A stretch of 59,985 nt of DNA, the filler included. It is 9 parts of 9 records of this genome, joined end to end, with 100 filler letters (N's around TTAATTAATTAA, not from the genome) between each part and the next. Parts side by side here need not be neighbours in the genome. Positions count along the whole stretch, not along the records: positions 26,154 to 31,549 come from SRR31156797_52099; positions 31,650 to 38,001 come from SRR31156797_52122; 7 more parts are not named here. One strand, given 5' to 3'. This document shows, piece after piece, positions 26,633 through 37,698 of this stretch. The position numbers and the translations under genes are program-made. Numbering within the stretch: the first letter of the stretch is position 1; the number at the start of each line of letters is the position of its first letter. The notes under the pieces were generated by a model. It was not told where the DNA came from, ran no database searches, and saw only the letters and a list, made by a program, of their open reading frames with translations.

Positions 26633-27592
26633 ATGTTGAGAATGATCCTTACGTTGATAATTGTTTCGACTTGTGTTGCCGCAGGTCCTGAACCGGTGCG
26701 TCCTGACGCAAAGATCGACTTGTCGCCCAACCTCAAGGAGGGACGCGAATTCCACATAACCTGGTCTTGGAAAATGGAGGATACCTGGTTCGAGATGGGG
26801 GAATCTACTTCGGATGAACACCTCGGCATGAGACAGGTCATGGGCTGGCTGTTCAACGTCAAGGATGTAGAGGAAGACGGCAAAGTTAAAATGCAGCTGA
26901 CTTGGTCACGCCTCGGAATCGAAATCGACTGGGGAGAAACGAAGATCGGATACGACTCGCTGGCTCATGATCCCCGGAACCCACTGGCAGTGGTTTGTGC
27001 TCCTGTGATTGGAGAAAAAGTCACGTTCTTCATAAACCGAAAAGGAGAGGTTTCCAATGTCACGGGAATGGAAGCGATCCGCAAAAGGATTGAACAGTTT
27101 CAGCCCAATGAAGGTCTGTATTCGATTGTCAAACCGATGCTGGACGACGAGTCCCTCGCATTCCTCCTGAAACAGTACTTTGCTTACTACGCCTGGAAAG
27201 AAGTCAAACTCGGATCCACCTGGAAGCGAATCATCGAATCGGAGGAATCAACATGCGAGTTTGAGTTCAAAGTCACTGGAATTAACCTGAATGTCGGTCG
27301 TCCAACTGTGACGGTTGAATACGAAGCGAAGCACGTACCGCCGAAATCAAGAGAAGAATCAGAGCGTGACGTCAAAGAGTTCGAACTCGAAGGCTCACTC
27401 GTTTTTGATGCCAGGTCACTGGAGTTGATCGAGTGTAACGAAGAAGAGGAAATGGTTGTCATAGAGACGACAACAGCCACGGAAACGGAGCCTTCACGCC
27501 AGATGAGGGTCGTACACACGGGCGAGCAGGTTGTGACCAACGATCCTCCGGTCATCAAAACGCCATCACTCCGTCCCGCCGACAGAAAATGA
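26633..27592 (+). CDS. Exported protein, DUF6263-like
   Basis: Signal peptide; YDS, G.V..V.G, VKLGSTW and G...FD...L pattern. Confidence 0.55.
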   Translation: MLRMILTLIIVSTCVAAGPEPVRPDAKIDLSPNLKEGREFHITWSWKMEDTWFEMGESTSDEHLGMRQVMGWLFNVKDVEEDGKVKMQLTWSRLGIEIDWGETKIGYDSLAHDPRNPLAVVCAPVIGEKVTFFINRKGEVSNVTGMEAIRKRIEQFQPNEGLYSIVKPMLDDESLAFLLKQYFAYYAWKEVKLGSTWKRIIESEESTCEFEFKVTGINLNVGRPTVTVEYEAKHVPPKSREESERDVKEFELEGSLVFDARSLELIECNEEEEMVVIETTTATETEPSRQMRVVHTGEQVVTNDPPVIKTPSLRPADRK

Positions 27593-27679
27593 GTTACACG
27601 GGATATATTGATCCGTACCCGATCACGAGTACCATGTGGGATGAGCCAGGCAACACCGGCTCTCGGAGAACATGCTGTC

Positions 27680-28618
27680 ATGATCCAGGTTAAAAATCTT
27701 GTAAAACGCTATGGGGCGTTCAGAGCCGTAGCGGATATTTCGTTTGACGTGCAGAAAGGCGAAGTCGTCGGCTTTCTCGGTCCCAATGGGGCGGGAAAAA
27801 CAACGACGATCCGTGTCCTGACCTGCTATCACCCGCCTTCTGGCGGAAAAGCTTCAGTTGCAGGTCATGATGTCCTGCGGGAATCCATGGCGGTTCGCCA
27901 GAAGATCGGGTACCTTCCTGAATCCGCGCCGCTGTATCCGGAAATGCGGGTTCGAGAATACCTCGCATTCCGCGCACGCCTGCACCGGATTCCATCAAAT
28001 CATCGCCAATCAGCCATTGGACGAGTCACTGAACTCTGCTGGCTGAGCGATTTTATTTGCAGACCGATTTCTCAACTCTCAAAGGGGATGCGACAGCGTG
28101 TTGGACTCGCCGGTGCGCTTCTCCATGATCCGGATGTTGTCATATTGGACGAACCCACGGTTGGCCTTGATCCATCTCAGATTCGGGCAACGCTGGATAT
28201 GATCCGAGGTCTGAGCCAGCACCATACTGTTCTGTTTAGCTCCCATATTCTCCCCCAGGTTGAACAGGTCTGCAGCCGCGTAGTGATCATCAACAAGGGA
28301 AGAATCCTGGCCCAGGGATCACCCCGCCAGCTGGGACGAGAGAAAGTCACCGATTCACGCCTGATCGCCGAGATCAAGGGGCCGGAAGATGAAATCCGCA
28401 AAGCAATCCTGGCCGTCAAAGGTGTACAGGATATCCAAATGACACTTGAGGATGGTTGGAATCGACTCTCCGTTTCAGCGAAGCAGGATATCCGTGAAAC
28501 CCTATTCTCGTTGGTCAAGGAAAAAGGCTGGGCATTGAGAGAGATTCGTCACGAGGTTGCCAGCCTGGAAGACTACTACCTGAAAATCACGAGTCGTGAG
28601 GAGGCGGTACCCGTATGA
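27680..28618 (+). CDS. ABC transporter ATP-binding protein (GldA-like)
   Basis: GPNGAGKTT, LSKGMRQ, ILDEPT, SSH. Confidence 0.92.
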   Translation: MIQVKNLVKRYGAFRAVADISFDVQKGEVVGFLGPNGAGKTTTIRVLTCYHPPSGGKASVAGHDVLRESMAVRQKIGYLPESAPLYPEMRVREYLAFRARLHRIPSNHRQSAIGRVTELCWLSDFICRPISQLSKGMRQRVGLAGALLHDPDVVILDEPTVGLDPSQIRATLDMIRGLSQHHTVLFSSHILPQVEQVCSRVVIINKGRILAQGSPRQLGREKVTDSRLIAEIKGPEDEIRKAILAVKGVQDIQMTLEDGWNRLSVSAKQDIRETLFSLVKEKGWALREIRHEVASLEDYYLKITSREEAVPV

Positions 28619-29334
28619 GGAACATAGCCACAGTAGCACGACGCGAACTGAGTGCGTACTTCCTGTCGCCGATCGCATATGTCGTTATATCTGTTTTCCT
28701 GCTTTTGATGGGAATCTTTTTCGGGAAAATGAATTTCGATCTCGGAGCGGAATGCTCGCTTCGTGTAACCCTGGGATCGTTTCTTCCGATGATCTTGGTG
28801 TTCATTCTTCCGATTTTGACGATGCGTCTGCTGGCGGAAGAGTTCCGCGGTGGAACGATCGAAACCCTCATGACCTCACCCATCAGCGACGCGGCGGTCG
28901 TGATGGGCAAGTTCGTAGGAGCAACTCTCTTCTATATCGTCTTGCTGGCAGGGACGTTGCCTTATGTGATTCTTCTGGAAATGTATGGAACGCTTGATTA
29001 CGGAATGCTCATCTGTAGCTACATAGGGGTTCTCCTGATGGGCGGTTTCTTCATCTCCGTTGGACTGTTCTTCAGCGCATGGACTCGCAACCAGATCATT
29101 GCTGTCCTGTGCAGCCTGGTAAGCCTGGCAATTCTGACGTTCCTGGCAAATTATCTGGCATCTCAGACGGAGGGAGTCTTCCGGGTGATTCTTCTCCAGT
29201 TGTCGGTCGTGTCCCATTTTCAAGACTTCGCACGAGGCATTCTGGCAAGTAACGATCTCGTTTTCTTTGTCTCGATGACCGCGTTATTCCTGTTCTGGAC
29301 AGTCAAAGTATTGGAGTCACGACGATGGCGATAG
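28615..29334 (+). CDS. ABC-2 permease (GldF-like)
   Basis: RELSAYFLSPIAY, TMRLLAEE..GTIE.L.T.P; six TM segments. Confidence 0.9.
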   Translation: MRNIATVARRELSAYFLSPIAYVVISVFLLLMGIFFGKMNFDLGAECSLRVTLGSFLPMILVFILPILTMRLLAEEFRGGTIETLMTSPISDAAVVMGKFVGATLFYIVLLAGTLPYVILLEMYGTLDYGMLICSYIGVLLMGGFFISVGLFFSAWTRNQIIAVLCSLVSLAILTFLANYLASQTEGVFRVILLQLSVVSHFQDFARGILASNDLVFFVSMTALFLFWTVKVLESRRWR

Positions 29335-31499
29335 ACAAAAAACAACCAGATAGCAGTGAACAGAAATCAGCCAATGCGGTTACGGTCAGAGTCGCTGCCG
29401 GCGTCAATGTATTGTTCGCCATTATCCTCGCAACTGGACTTGTGATCGCAATCCAGTGGGGAAGCTTTCGATTCAACAAGACATATGATCTCACCTCATC
29501 CCGGATCAACAGTCTCAGCCCGGCAACTGAAACTCTGCTCAACACGCTGGAAGAGGATGTGACGATCACGTCCATGTACTACACCACCGATCCGGAATTG
29601 GGTGACCAGAAGAAATTTCGCGAAACAATTTCTGACTTGATCGAATTGTATCGCATCGAAAACCCCTCCCGGATTTCCATTCGCTATATCAACCCACTGA
29701 CGGACCACCCGGAGAAAAAGGAGTTTTTCCTGGATCTGGCGGAAATCCCGAAATTCAAGGAGCAGTCAGCACTCTATAAAACGGCCATTGATGAATACAA
29801 GAAAACATTTGCAAATGACCTTCGGAAAATTCTGGAGAATCAGAAACAGCAGGTCGAACAACTCAGCCAGAAATATGCTTCCGGCTACGATGCAACACTT
29901 CTTGGTGCGATCCTCCAGTACGATAGAGAACTCCTGAGGATGATCAGTGACATTGATAAAACCACTCTTCAGGTGGAAGGGACAGGTGTCCCCAACTGGA
30001 AGCTGGTTACAACACCGCTGAAGGATCTCTATGCTTCGGTAGCCAATGTCCCGGACTCATTGTCCAAACCCGCGATGGAAGAAATGCTCGCAAGAATGGG
30101 CTTGGTTCTAAGCGATCTTTCGCCGGAAGTATCATCATTCATAGAGGAAATGGACAAACCGTTCATTGACGTCGTGAAGATCGCAAAGGGTGAATTGGAC
30201 AAAGTAAAAGCTCTTCCAGAGTTACAGATCGAAACACTGGTAGCAGGGGACCCGACTCTGAGCAATATGATCTTCATTCAGACGAAAGAAGATGCACGCT
30301 CGCTTACGTTCTCGGATGTCTGGACGAATCCACGCGGAGATGGTCAGAGAGACAAGTTCGATGATCTTCTATTCCAGGGTGAACAACGAATCAGTGCGGC
30401 CTTGCTGAGAGTCACGAACGAAAACAGGCCAGCTGTTGTGTTTACTCGATTCGGTGGAAAACCTCTTTTCTTTGGCCCGGAAGCACGCTTCGGTCAGATG
30501 CTCATGCGTTTGAACGACCTGAACTTTACCGTTCACGACTGGAATCTCGCACGGGATCTGGAACCGCCCGAGATGGCTCTCAAAGCCGATCGTATCCTGT
30601 ACGTGATTCTGAATCCAAGTCCGCCAAAGCCTTCGCCAATACCGGGAAATGAACCACAACGATTCAGTCTCGAGCACAAAAAAGCGTTAATCAAAGCGAT
30701 TGAAGACCAATCCCATTCTCTGTTCATCGCAGGATGGAGTCCACTACCCGGATCAGCGGATATTCAGCCGGCTGCCTTCGAATACAGTGACTATCTTCAG
30801 GAGCAATGGGGCATTCTCGTCGATTCTCAGACGTTACTCCTGGAAACGGTGGCGACCAGGCCAGGCGAATTCCAGTTCCAGAAACCATTCCCCTGGAACA
30901 TGACGGAACTTCAGATGACCGATGATCCCATTGTCAAAGAGGTGGGCAATCAACGTACTGTTCTGCCATGGTCTGTGCCTCTCAAGAAAGCTCGCGAGAT
31001 CCCTTCAGATGTCACGATTCGGGAGATGGTTACCGTGCCACGAAAAGACACAGTCTGGGGAGTGCGAAGCATAGGTGTCTATCAGAAACAGAATGCGGAA
31101 AAGGGATTCATCACGCGTGATGCCTTGGATGTCCTTGGTCCATTCACTCTCGGCTTTGCGGCGACACGAGGCGAAGGCGACTCGGAAAAGAAAGTGGTCG
31201 TCATCAGTTCAACTGATTTTGCCGATGACCGGATAGCACTGACCGGCGGTCTTGAAATGGTGGGAAACAGCTATGTTCAGGTGAACGCCTCCCCTGGCAA
31301 TCAGACCCTGTTTTTCAACATACTGCTCTGGCTCAGCGATCAGGACGACCGAATGAACATGGGCCGTCCCATGGAATCCCACGTCATTCAGATCGAGCGA
31401 GGCAGGGAACTGGCAACGATTCGGACATTCGTGTATGCCGTCTGGCCAGGTCTTGCATTACTGTGCGGTCTGGTGGTCTGGTGGGTTCGTAGGCGATAA
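29325..31499 (+). CDS. GldG-like ABC auxiliary protein
   Basis: N-terminal TM, DLT....SLS..T..LL, GEQ.ISAAL, GN..LF.N...WL, C-terminal TM plus RRR. Confidence 0.8.
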   Translation: MAIDKKQPDSSEQKSANAVTVRVAAGVNVLFAIILATGLVIAIQWGSFRFNKTYDLTSSRINSLSPATETLLNTLEEDVTITSMYYTTDPELGDQKKFRETISDLIELYRIENPSRISIRYINPLTDHPEKKEFFLDLAEIPKFKEQSALYKTAIDEYKKTFANDLRKILENQKQQVEQLSQKYASGYDATLLGAILQYDRELLRMISDIDKTTLQVEGTGVPNWKLVTTPLKDLYASVANVPDSLSKPAMEEMLARMGLVLSDLSPEVSSFIEEMDKPFIDVVKIAKGELDKVKALPELQIETLVAGDPTLSNMIFIQTKEDARSLTFSDVWTNPRGDGQRDKFDDLLFQGEQRISAALLRVTNENRPAVVFTRFGGKPLFFGPEARFGQMLMRLNDLNFTVHDWNLARDLEPPEMALKADRILYVILNPSPPKPSPIPGNEPQRFSLEHKKALIKAIEDQSHSLFIAGWSPLPGSADIQPAAFEYSDYLQEQWGILVDSQTLLLETVATRPGEFQFQKPFPWNMTELQMTDDPIVKEVGNQRTVLPWSVPLKKAREIPSDVTIREMVTVPRKDTVWGVRSIGVYQKQNAEKGFITRDALDVLGPFTLGFAATRGEGDSEKKVVVISSTDFADDRIALTGGLEMVGNSYVQVNASPGNQTLFFNILLWLSDQDDRMNMGRPMESHVIQIERGRELATIRTFVYAVWPGLALLCGLVVWWVRRR

Positions 31500-31649
31500 C
31501 CCCTGTGGTAACCGCAACAGAAGTGTTGTTAATTCAAAAAAAACGAAAANNNNNNNNNNNNNNNNNNNNNNNNNNNNNNNNNNNNNNNNNNNNTTAATTA
31601 ATTAANNNNNNNNNNNNNNNNNNNNNNNNNNNNNNNNNNNNNNNNNNNN

Positions 31650-32586
31650 CCAGGGTGCCGTCCGATCCCATGCCTGTCATGATCACGCCGGTGGCCCGTC
31701 CGACATAATGCTCGGCAATGGAGCGGAACAGGTAGTCTACAGATGGTTTGCAGGAGTTCTCCGGCGGATCGTCCGTGATTTTGATGTTTCGGGACTTGCC
31801 GTCGGCACCGGCCACGATCTTCATCTGCTTTCCGCCCGGGGCAATGTATACGGTGTTGGGTACCAGGGGTTCCCCATTCGTCGCCTCTTTGACCGTGAGC
31901 TGGCATTTTGCGTCCAGGCTCTTTGCCAGGGACTGGGTAAACAGGGGGGGCATATGCTGAACCACGAGAACGGGAACGTTGAGCTTGGGGGAGAGCATGG
32001 GCATCATTTTTGCGAGGGCGTTGGGCCCTCCGGTGGAGATGCCGATGCCTACGATCTCGGACATGGTGGTCCGGGACCTGGCCTGGGCTGTCCGGGTCCG
32101 GGTGGCAGGGCGGGCAGGGCTGGGTGTCACCGGTGCCGGTGTGCCCGATATCCTGCCCTTGAGTCTGGCCCGGATCTGTCTTTGGCGTTTGAAGCCGGCA
32201 ATGATCGGTTCAAGGGCCGCCTTTACCTTGACCAGGTTCTCCGCCATCCTTCCCGCATCCGGTTTGGGGATGAAGTCGAATGCCCCCAGTTCAAGGGCCC
32301 GGATGGTCATGTCGCTGCCCTTGTGGGTGAGGGTGCTCAACATTACCGCCAGGGGGGCGTCCGGCATTTTGTGGAGGGCTTCGAGCACCTCGATACCGCT
32401 TATCTGCGGCATTTCGATGTCCAGGGTCACAAGATCCGGCTTGAGCTTTTCGATCCGTGAAAGGGCGATCTTGCCGTTGTTGGCAGAACCCACCACTTCG
32501 ACCCCGGGGATCTCGTTGAGCACATCACTGACAATTTTTCTGTATACAATGGTGTCATCCACCACAAGAACGCGTACTGATTCCAT
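31650..32586 (-). CDS. cheB: Chemotaxis methylesterase, 3'-truncated
   Basis: REC domain plus GISTGGP, VQHMP, KPSVD, MTGMGSDG. Confidence 0.95.
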
Positions 32587-33042
32587 CTATTCCTTTAAAA
32601 CCTCTTCAATGTCAAGAATTCCGATCAGGCTGGTTTCGGTCTTCAGAACGCCCTGGAAATATTTTCCCTTGAGGCCGTTGATGTTGGATGGTGAGGACTC
32701 GATCCTGTCCGTATCTGCGGTTACCACATCGCTGATGGAGTCGACCATCAGACCGATGTGCTCGTCCTCGGACCGGACAATGATATTCCGGTTGTTCTTG
32801 TCCTTCTGGATTTCGGAAAGTCCCAGCTTTTTACCGAGATCAAGAATGGTGACGATTCTTCCCCTCAGGTTGAGCACCCCCACAACGTAGTCCGCCGCCT
32901 GGGGCACGGTTGTCACCTCAAAGTGTTTGTTTATCTCCTGAATGTTCAGGATATCGATGCCGCAGAGGGCCTTGCCAACATAGAAGGTGGCAAGTTCCAT
33001 ACTGCGTGCTTTGATTGCATTTGCCGTTTCATTCATGTCCAT
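32587..33042 (-). CDS. cheW: Chemotaxis coupling protein
   Basis: VPQA...V.GVLNLRGRIVTILDL, GLMVDSI.DV. Confidence 0.95.
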   Translation of the reverse strand: MDMNETANAIKARSMELATFYVGKALCGIDILNIQEINKHFEVTTVPQAADYVVGVLNLRGRIVTILDLGKKLGLSEIQKDKNNRNIIVRSEDEHIGLMVDSISDVVTADTDRIESSPSNINGLKGKYFQGVLKTETSLIGILDIEEVLKE

Positions 33043-33066
33043 TGCTCCTTGTTCCGCACACCCCGG

Positions 33067-36000
33067 TTAGTAGGTCAGATAGTGGCGGATTACTTTCATC
33101 AGGTTCTCACGGTCAAGTTTGATCTCGTAGGCGTCAATGCCCACTTTCTCTCCCTGGGCGACGTGGGCGTCACTTGCAAGGGAGGTGAGGGCGATCACCT
33201 TATAGTGGGAGAATTCCGGATGGGTCTTGATCCGTTCCGTGAGTTCAAATCCGTCCATGTTGGGCATTTCAAGGTCAGTTACGATGATGTCGATCTCATC
33301 CTTGTGCTTGTCCAGCAGATCCCAGGCATCGGCACCGTCTTCGGCGGTAATAACCTTGTATCCCTCTTCGATCATGAAGCCCTTTACCTGGTTGCGGAAA
33401 AAGGCGGAATCCTCGGCAAAGAGGATAACCTTCTGTCCGTCCTCGGTCATTTCCGCGGCCGCAGTCTTATCTTCCTCAAACCATTCGGGGTTGAGTTCCT
33501 TGACCAGCCCGAAGATGTCCACAAGCAGGGTGGTGTGGCCTTCGATAATCATGGAGCCGTTGATGCAGGCCTGTTTCAGGGTGGAATCGTCGAGTTCCAG
33601 GGTAACTTCCACGGCATCCACCGGCGGGGTGACCATGAGACCGAGTTCCCGGCCCTTGACCTTGAAGACAATGATCTCCTGCTGTTCCCGTTCCGGGAGG
33701 TCGCCAACGTTGGCCACCTGGGAGAGTTCATAAAGGGGCAGGGTGCCGCCCCGGTACTGGACCACCTTTTTACCGCCAACCAGCTCGATACTGGAAGCGG
33801 TGATGCGCTCGATTCGTTCCACCAGGTTCAAGGGCGCTGCAAAGTGTTCGTGCTCGGCGTTCTTGAACACGAGCAGGGATGCCTTGTCCTTGGCTCTTTC
33901 CTTGGCCTCCTCAGCCTCCCTGGCGGCCTTGGTGACCCGTTCGGTCTCCGCCATGGTGGTGAGTTCCGCCATCTGGCCCAGGTTGGACACGTCAAGGATG
34001 AGAGCCACCTTGCCGTCGCCCATGATGGTGGCCCCGGCGTAACCGGAGCAGCGTTTCAGGTGCCGGCCAAGGGGTTTGACGACGATCTCTTCAGAATCCT
34101 TGAGTTCATCGACCACCAGGCCGTATTTGTAGGAGCCTGCGGACACGACAGCGATATTGATGGCGCTTGATGCATGGTAGCGCCGGTCTTTGCCCTGGCG
34201 TTCCTCTCGGTCGGAGTCCTTCTCCTGGCCCTGCAGGGGCCGGCCGGAAGCATCCATTTGATAGGACCGCCGGTCCGCGAGGGCGGATCGCCTGTCTTCA
34301 TATTCCTGATTGTCTTCGGGGTGAACAAAGGTTTTTTTGATGCCAAGGACCTCCGCCAGGTTCAAAAGGGGCAACAGATTTCCCCTGAGCCGGACCACAT
34401 CGGCATCCCCCACCTTTTCGATCTTATCCTTGACCTGGGCAGCGGGGATGCGCAGCAGTTCGTCCAGGTTGACCTGGGGAACGGCGTACTGCTCTTTCCC
34501 AACGGAAATGATCTGGCTCGGTATGATGGCCAGGGTAAGGGGCAGCTTGATCTGAATGGTGGTGCCCTTTCCGGTGGTGGAGTCGATTTCGATGATTCCA
34601 CCCAGTTTTTCCAGGTTGGTGACCACCACATCCATGCCAACGCCCCTGCCGGATACGTCCGTGATCTTTTCGGCCGTTGAAAAACCGGGCAGCAGGATCA
34701 GGTCGGTTTTCTCCTTGCTTGTCATCTCCGCAATCTGCTGTTCGGTTCTCAATCCTTTATTGAGCGCTGTCTGGGCAATTTTGTCCGGATCCAGGCCTTT
34801 GCCGTCATCTGCGATGACGATGTTGACCTGGCCTGCGTCGTGGAACGCCTTGAGGGTGATGGTACCGGTTTTGGACTTACCGAGCTTCTCTCGCAGGGAA
34901 GGGTCCTCGATGCCGTGATCCACCGAGTTGCGTACCAGGTGGGTCAGGGGATCGTTGATGGATTCCAGGATCGTCTTGTCAAGTTCGACTTCCTTGCCTT
35001 CGATGGCAAGGTCGATGGACTTGCCAAGCTGCCGTGAAAGATCCCTCACAACCCGGGTGAATTTGTTGAATATGCTGGCAATGGGCTGCATCCGGGTCTG
35101 CATGATTGTTTCCTGGAGTTCCGAGGTGATCATGTCGATACGCTGGCCAGCGAGCTCGGTTGCCTTGCCGTTGGAGGAACTGATGCCCTGGAGCAGCTGG
35201 TTTCGGCTTAGTACCAGCTCTCCCGCCAGGTTCATCAGGGTATCCAGAAGGTTGACGTTTACCCGCAGGGAGCCCACGGATTTGGATACGGCTTCGGCCG
35301 GAGCTGCGCCGTTCTCCCGGGGGGCCGCTTTGGCCTTGACTTTCTTTTGAGCGACAGGTGCCGCCACCTGCTCCTCCACAACCGGGATCTCTTTAACGAC
35401 TTCCTGGACAGGAGGCTGTGCCGGGGCGACAGTCTCAACGGGCGCAGGCGTAGGCTCCACCGGAACGGCTTCCTCAACAGGTATCTCCCTGGAAGGCATT
35501 GCCCGGGGGATTGAATCCGCGGCGGCTTCCGAGACGTGGATCATGGCATCGCTGATGATGTGAATGGCGTCGGACTTTAGATCAAACAGGGTCTCTGCCA
35601 TGTCCGGCTCGATGATGGATGAATAGAGGACCTGAAAGGGGATTCTGGTGGGAGCGGTCCAGGTGTCAAGTGTTCCCACTGATTCGAAGTCGATCCTTGA
35701 CTCAATGATCGTCCCCGTTTTCTCAAGGGTTTCCAGCAGTTTGATGGGGTTCTTGTTTTTCCGGTGGATGTCCCTGATGAGATCATACTCCACCAGGAAG
35801 ATGTAGTGACCTTCATTTCTTCGTTGCTCAAGGTCATATTTGGACACCTGGGGAAAAATTCTGCCGTCCTCAAGTTCCAGGTTCACAACCTCGGTGACAA
35901 GGTCGTGTTTCTCTTCGGGCAAAGATGCTTTGGTGATGTTCTCCAGCGCTTGGATGTGTTCTGAAACATCTTCCTCATTGCTGGCCTGGACGTTGTTCAT

Positions 36001-36306
36001 CAGGCTTTCGAGTTTATCAAATCCCTTCAGGAGAACACTGATTCGATCCGGATCCGGAACAAGTTCCATGTTTCTGATGAGGTCCAGAACATTTTCCAGG
36101 CTGTGGGCCAGATCCTTGATGGTTGTGAGCCCCATGAATCCGGCACCGCCCTTTATGGAGTGGGCAGCACGGAAAACATTGTTTACAAGATCGATATCGA
36201 TGTCCTCACCGCCCTCTTCGATGGTTAGCAGGTCACTCTCAATGTCCGATAGATGTTCGAGGGATTCTTCGATATACATCTGTAGGGTTTCATCGTCTTC
36301 AAACAT
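33067..36306 (-). CDS. cheA: Hybrid chemotaxis histidine kinase (HPt-dimer-HATPase-CheW-CheW-REC)
   Basis: FRAAHSIKG, HLVRNSVDHG, SGRGVGMDVV, two CheW domains, C-terminal REC (TDLEMP). Confidence 0.96.
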   Translation of the reverse strand: MFEDDETLQMYIEESLEHLSDIESDLLTIEEGGEDIDIDLVNNVFRAAHSIKGGAGFMGLTTIKDLAHSLENVLDLIRNMELVPDPDRISVLLKGFDKLESLMNNVQASNEEDVSEHIQALENITKASLPEEKHDLVTEVVNLELEDGRIFPQVSKYDLEQRRNEGHYIFLVEYDLIRDIHRKNKNPIKLLETLEKTGTIIESRIDFESVGTLDTWTAPTRIPFQVLYSSIIEPDMAETLFDLKSDAIHIISDAMIHVSEAAADSIPRAMPSREIPVEEAVPVEPTPAPVETVAPAQPPVQEVVKEIPVVEEQVAAPVAQKKVKAKAAPRENGAAPAEAVSKSVGSLRVNVNLLDTLMNLAGELVLSRNQLLQGISSSNGKATELAGQRIDMITSELQETIMQTRMQPIASIFNKFTRVVRDLSRQLGKSIDLAIEGKEVELDKTILESINDPLTHLVRNSVDHGIEDPSLREKLGKSKTGTITLKAFHDAGQVNIVIADDGKGLDPDKIAQTALNKGLRTEQQIAEMTSKEKTDLILLPGFSTAEKITDVSGRGVGMDVVVTNLEKLGGIIEIDSTTGKGTTIQIKLPLTLAIIPSQIISVGKEQYAVPQVNLDELLRIPAAQVKDKIEKVGDADVVRLRGNLLPLLNLAEVLGIKKTFVHPEDNQEYEDRRSALADRRSYQMDASGRPLQGQEKDSDREERQGKDRRYHASSAINIAVVSAGSYKYGLVVDELKDSEEIVVKPLGRHLKRCSGYAGATIMGDGKVALILDVSNLGQMAELTTMAETERVTKAAREAEEAKERAKDKASLLVFKNAEHEHFAAPLNLVERIERITASSIELVGGKKVVQYRGGTLPLYELSQVANVGDLPEREQQEIIVFKVKGRELGLMVTPPVDAVEVTLELDDSTLKQACINGSMIIEGHTTLLVDIFGLVKELNPEWFEEDKTAAAEMTEDGQKVILFAEDSAFFRNQVKGFMIEEGYKVITAEDGADAWDLLDKHKDEIDIIVTDLEMPNMDGFELTERIKTHPEFSHYKVIALTSLASDAHVAQGEKVGIDAYEIKLDRENLMKVIRHYLTY

Positions 36307-36461
36307 GATGCATCTCCTGAAAGGTAATTTTCTTATGAACAGTTAACAAACCTGTTGTCGTCTAATCTAAACAAGCAACTTGCTACATAATAAACTTAAA
36401 AATACAAAAGATCAATTAAAAGTCAAACGGGAACGGTGAATAAGCCTGATGTTCAAAGGGG

Positions 36462-37685
36462 TCAGAACACTTTACGGATAATGCCTTTGACCGGGGTATT
36501 CATCTCGATTTCCAGGGTCGAGCAGGTGTTGGGTTGGGCATGCTCGATGGTATTCCGGTTCTTGTCAAGGATGCCCTTCACGGCTGTCCTTGGATTGGGG
36601 CCGTTTGGGGTGAGGATCTCGATGATATCGCCCCGGGAAACCTTGTTTTTGATAGCCACGGTAACCTGACCGTCGTTATTTGAATCCAGGATTTTGCCGA
36701 TAAAGCCGTGGATCATGCCCTGGCGAAGGTTCTGGTAGTTTGGAAGGGTCTGGTCCGGGTCGTTGAAGTAGAAACCGGTGCAATAGTCCCGGTGGTAGAT
36801 TCGGGAGAGCTCCTCCCGCCATTGGGGATCGGTCTGGTAATTGTTCGGATCTCTGGTGTAGTTGTCTATGGCCTGGCGGTAGGTTTTGACAACCGAAGCA
36901 AGGTAGCTGATCCCTTTCATTCTTCCCTCGATCTTAAGGGAGGTGATGCCGGCATCGATCAGCTCCGGTATGTGGTCGAGCATGCACAGGTCTTTTGAAT
37001 TGAAGATGTACGCCCCCCGGGTATCCTCCATCAATGGGTGGTATTCACCGGGACGCTGCTCTTCCACCACCGAGTATTTCCAGCGGCAGGGGTGGGAGCA
37101 CAGTCCCCGGTTACTGTCCCGACCGGTGAGAAAATTGCTCAAAAGACAGCGGCCTGAGTATGAGATGCACATGGCGCCGTGGATAAAGGTCTCGGTTTCA
37201 ATGGCGCAGGTTGTACTGATCTCCCTGATCTCATCAAGGGAAAGCTCCCGTGCCAGGTTGACCCGTTTGACGCCTGCCTGTTCCCAGAACCGAACCGTAT
37301 TGTAATTGGTCGTATTGGCCTGGGTGCTAAGGTGGATGGGTATGTGGGGGATGATGGATGTTGCCAGCAGGATAACCCCGGGGTCTGCAATGATGATTGC
37401 GTCGGGGTTGAGGCGGCCGATCTTTTCCAGGTAGCGGGTGATGGCCTTCTGCTCGGAGTTGCGTGCGTAGATGTTGCACGCAAGGTATACCTTTACTCCG
37501 GCCCTGTGGGCAAATTCGATGGCCTGTTCCAGTTCCTGATCGGTAAAATTGCCTGAAAAGTTCCTGAGACTGAACTCTTTTCCAGCCAAGTAAACGGCGT
37601 CTGCTCCGTACTGAATGGCTGTTTCGAGCTTTTCGATATTGCCTGCCGGGGCAAGCAGTTCTGTTTTTTGTGGGATTGTTGTCAT
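36462..37685 (-). CDS. U32 family Fe-S protein (TrhP-like tRNA hydroxylase)
   Basis: ELLAPAG, HLSTQ, LARE, HGAMCISYSGRC, CSHPCRW, KIEGR; start moved to ATG 37685 to avoid the tRNA. Confidence 0.9.
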   Translation of the reverse strand: MTTIPQKTELLAPAGNIEKLETAIQYGADAVYLAGKEFSLRNFSGNFTDQELEQAIEFAHRAGVKVYLACNIYARNSEQKAITRYLEKIGRLNPDAIIIADPGVILLATSIIPHIPIHLSTQANTTNYNTVRFWEQAGVKRVNLARELSLDEIREISTTCAIETETFIHGAMCISYSGRCLLSNFLTGRDSNRGLCSHPCRWKYSVVEEQRPGEYHPLMEDTRGAYIFNSKDLCMLDHIPELIDAGITSLKIEGRMKGISYLASVVKTYRQAIDNYTRDPNNYQTDPQWREELSRIYHRDYCTGFYFNDPDQTLPNYQNLRQGMIHGFIGKILDSNNDGQVTVAIKNKVSRGDIIEILTPNGPNPRTAVKGILDKNRNTIEHAQPNTCSTLEIEMNTPVKGIIRKVF

Positions 37686-37698
37686 GGTAAGGTTTGGT

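Noticed and set aside
32758-35350. Long plus-strand ORFs (e.g. 470 aa) opposite cheA
   Set aside because: Antisense shadows of a well-supported gene, with no motifs.
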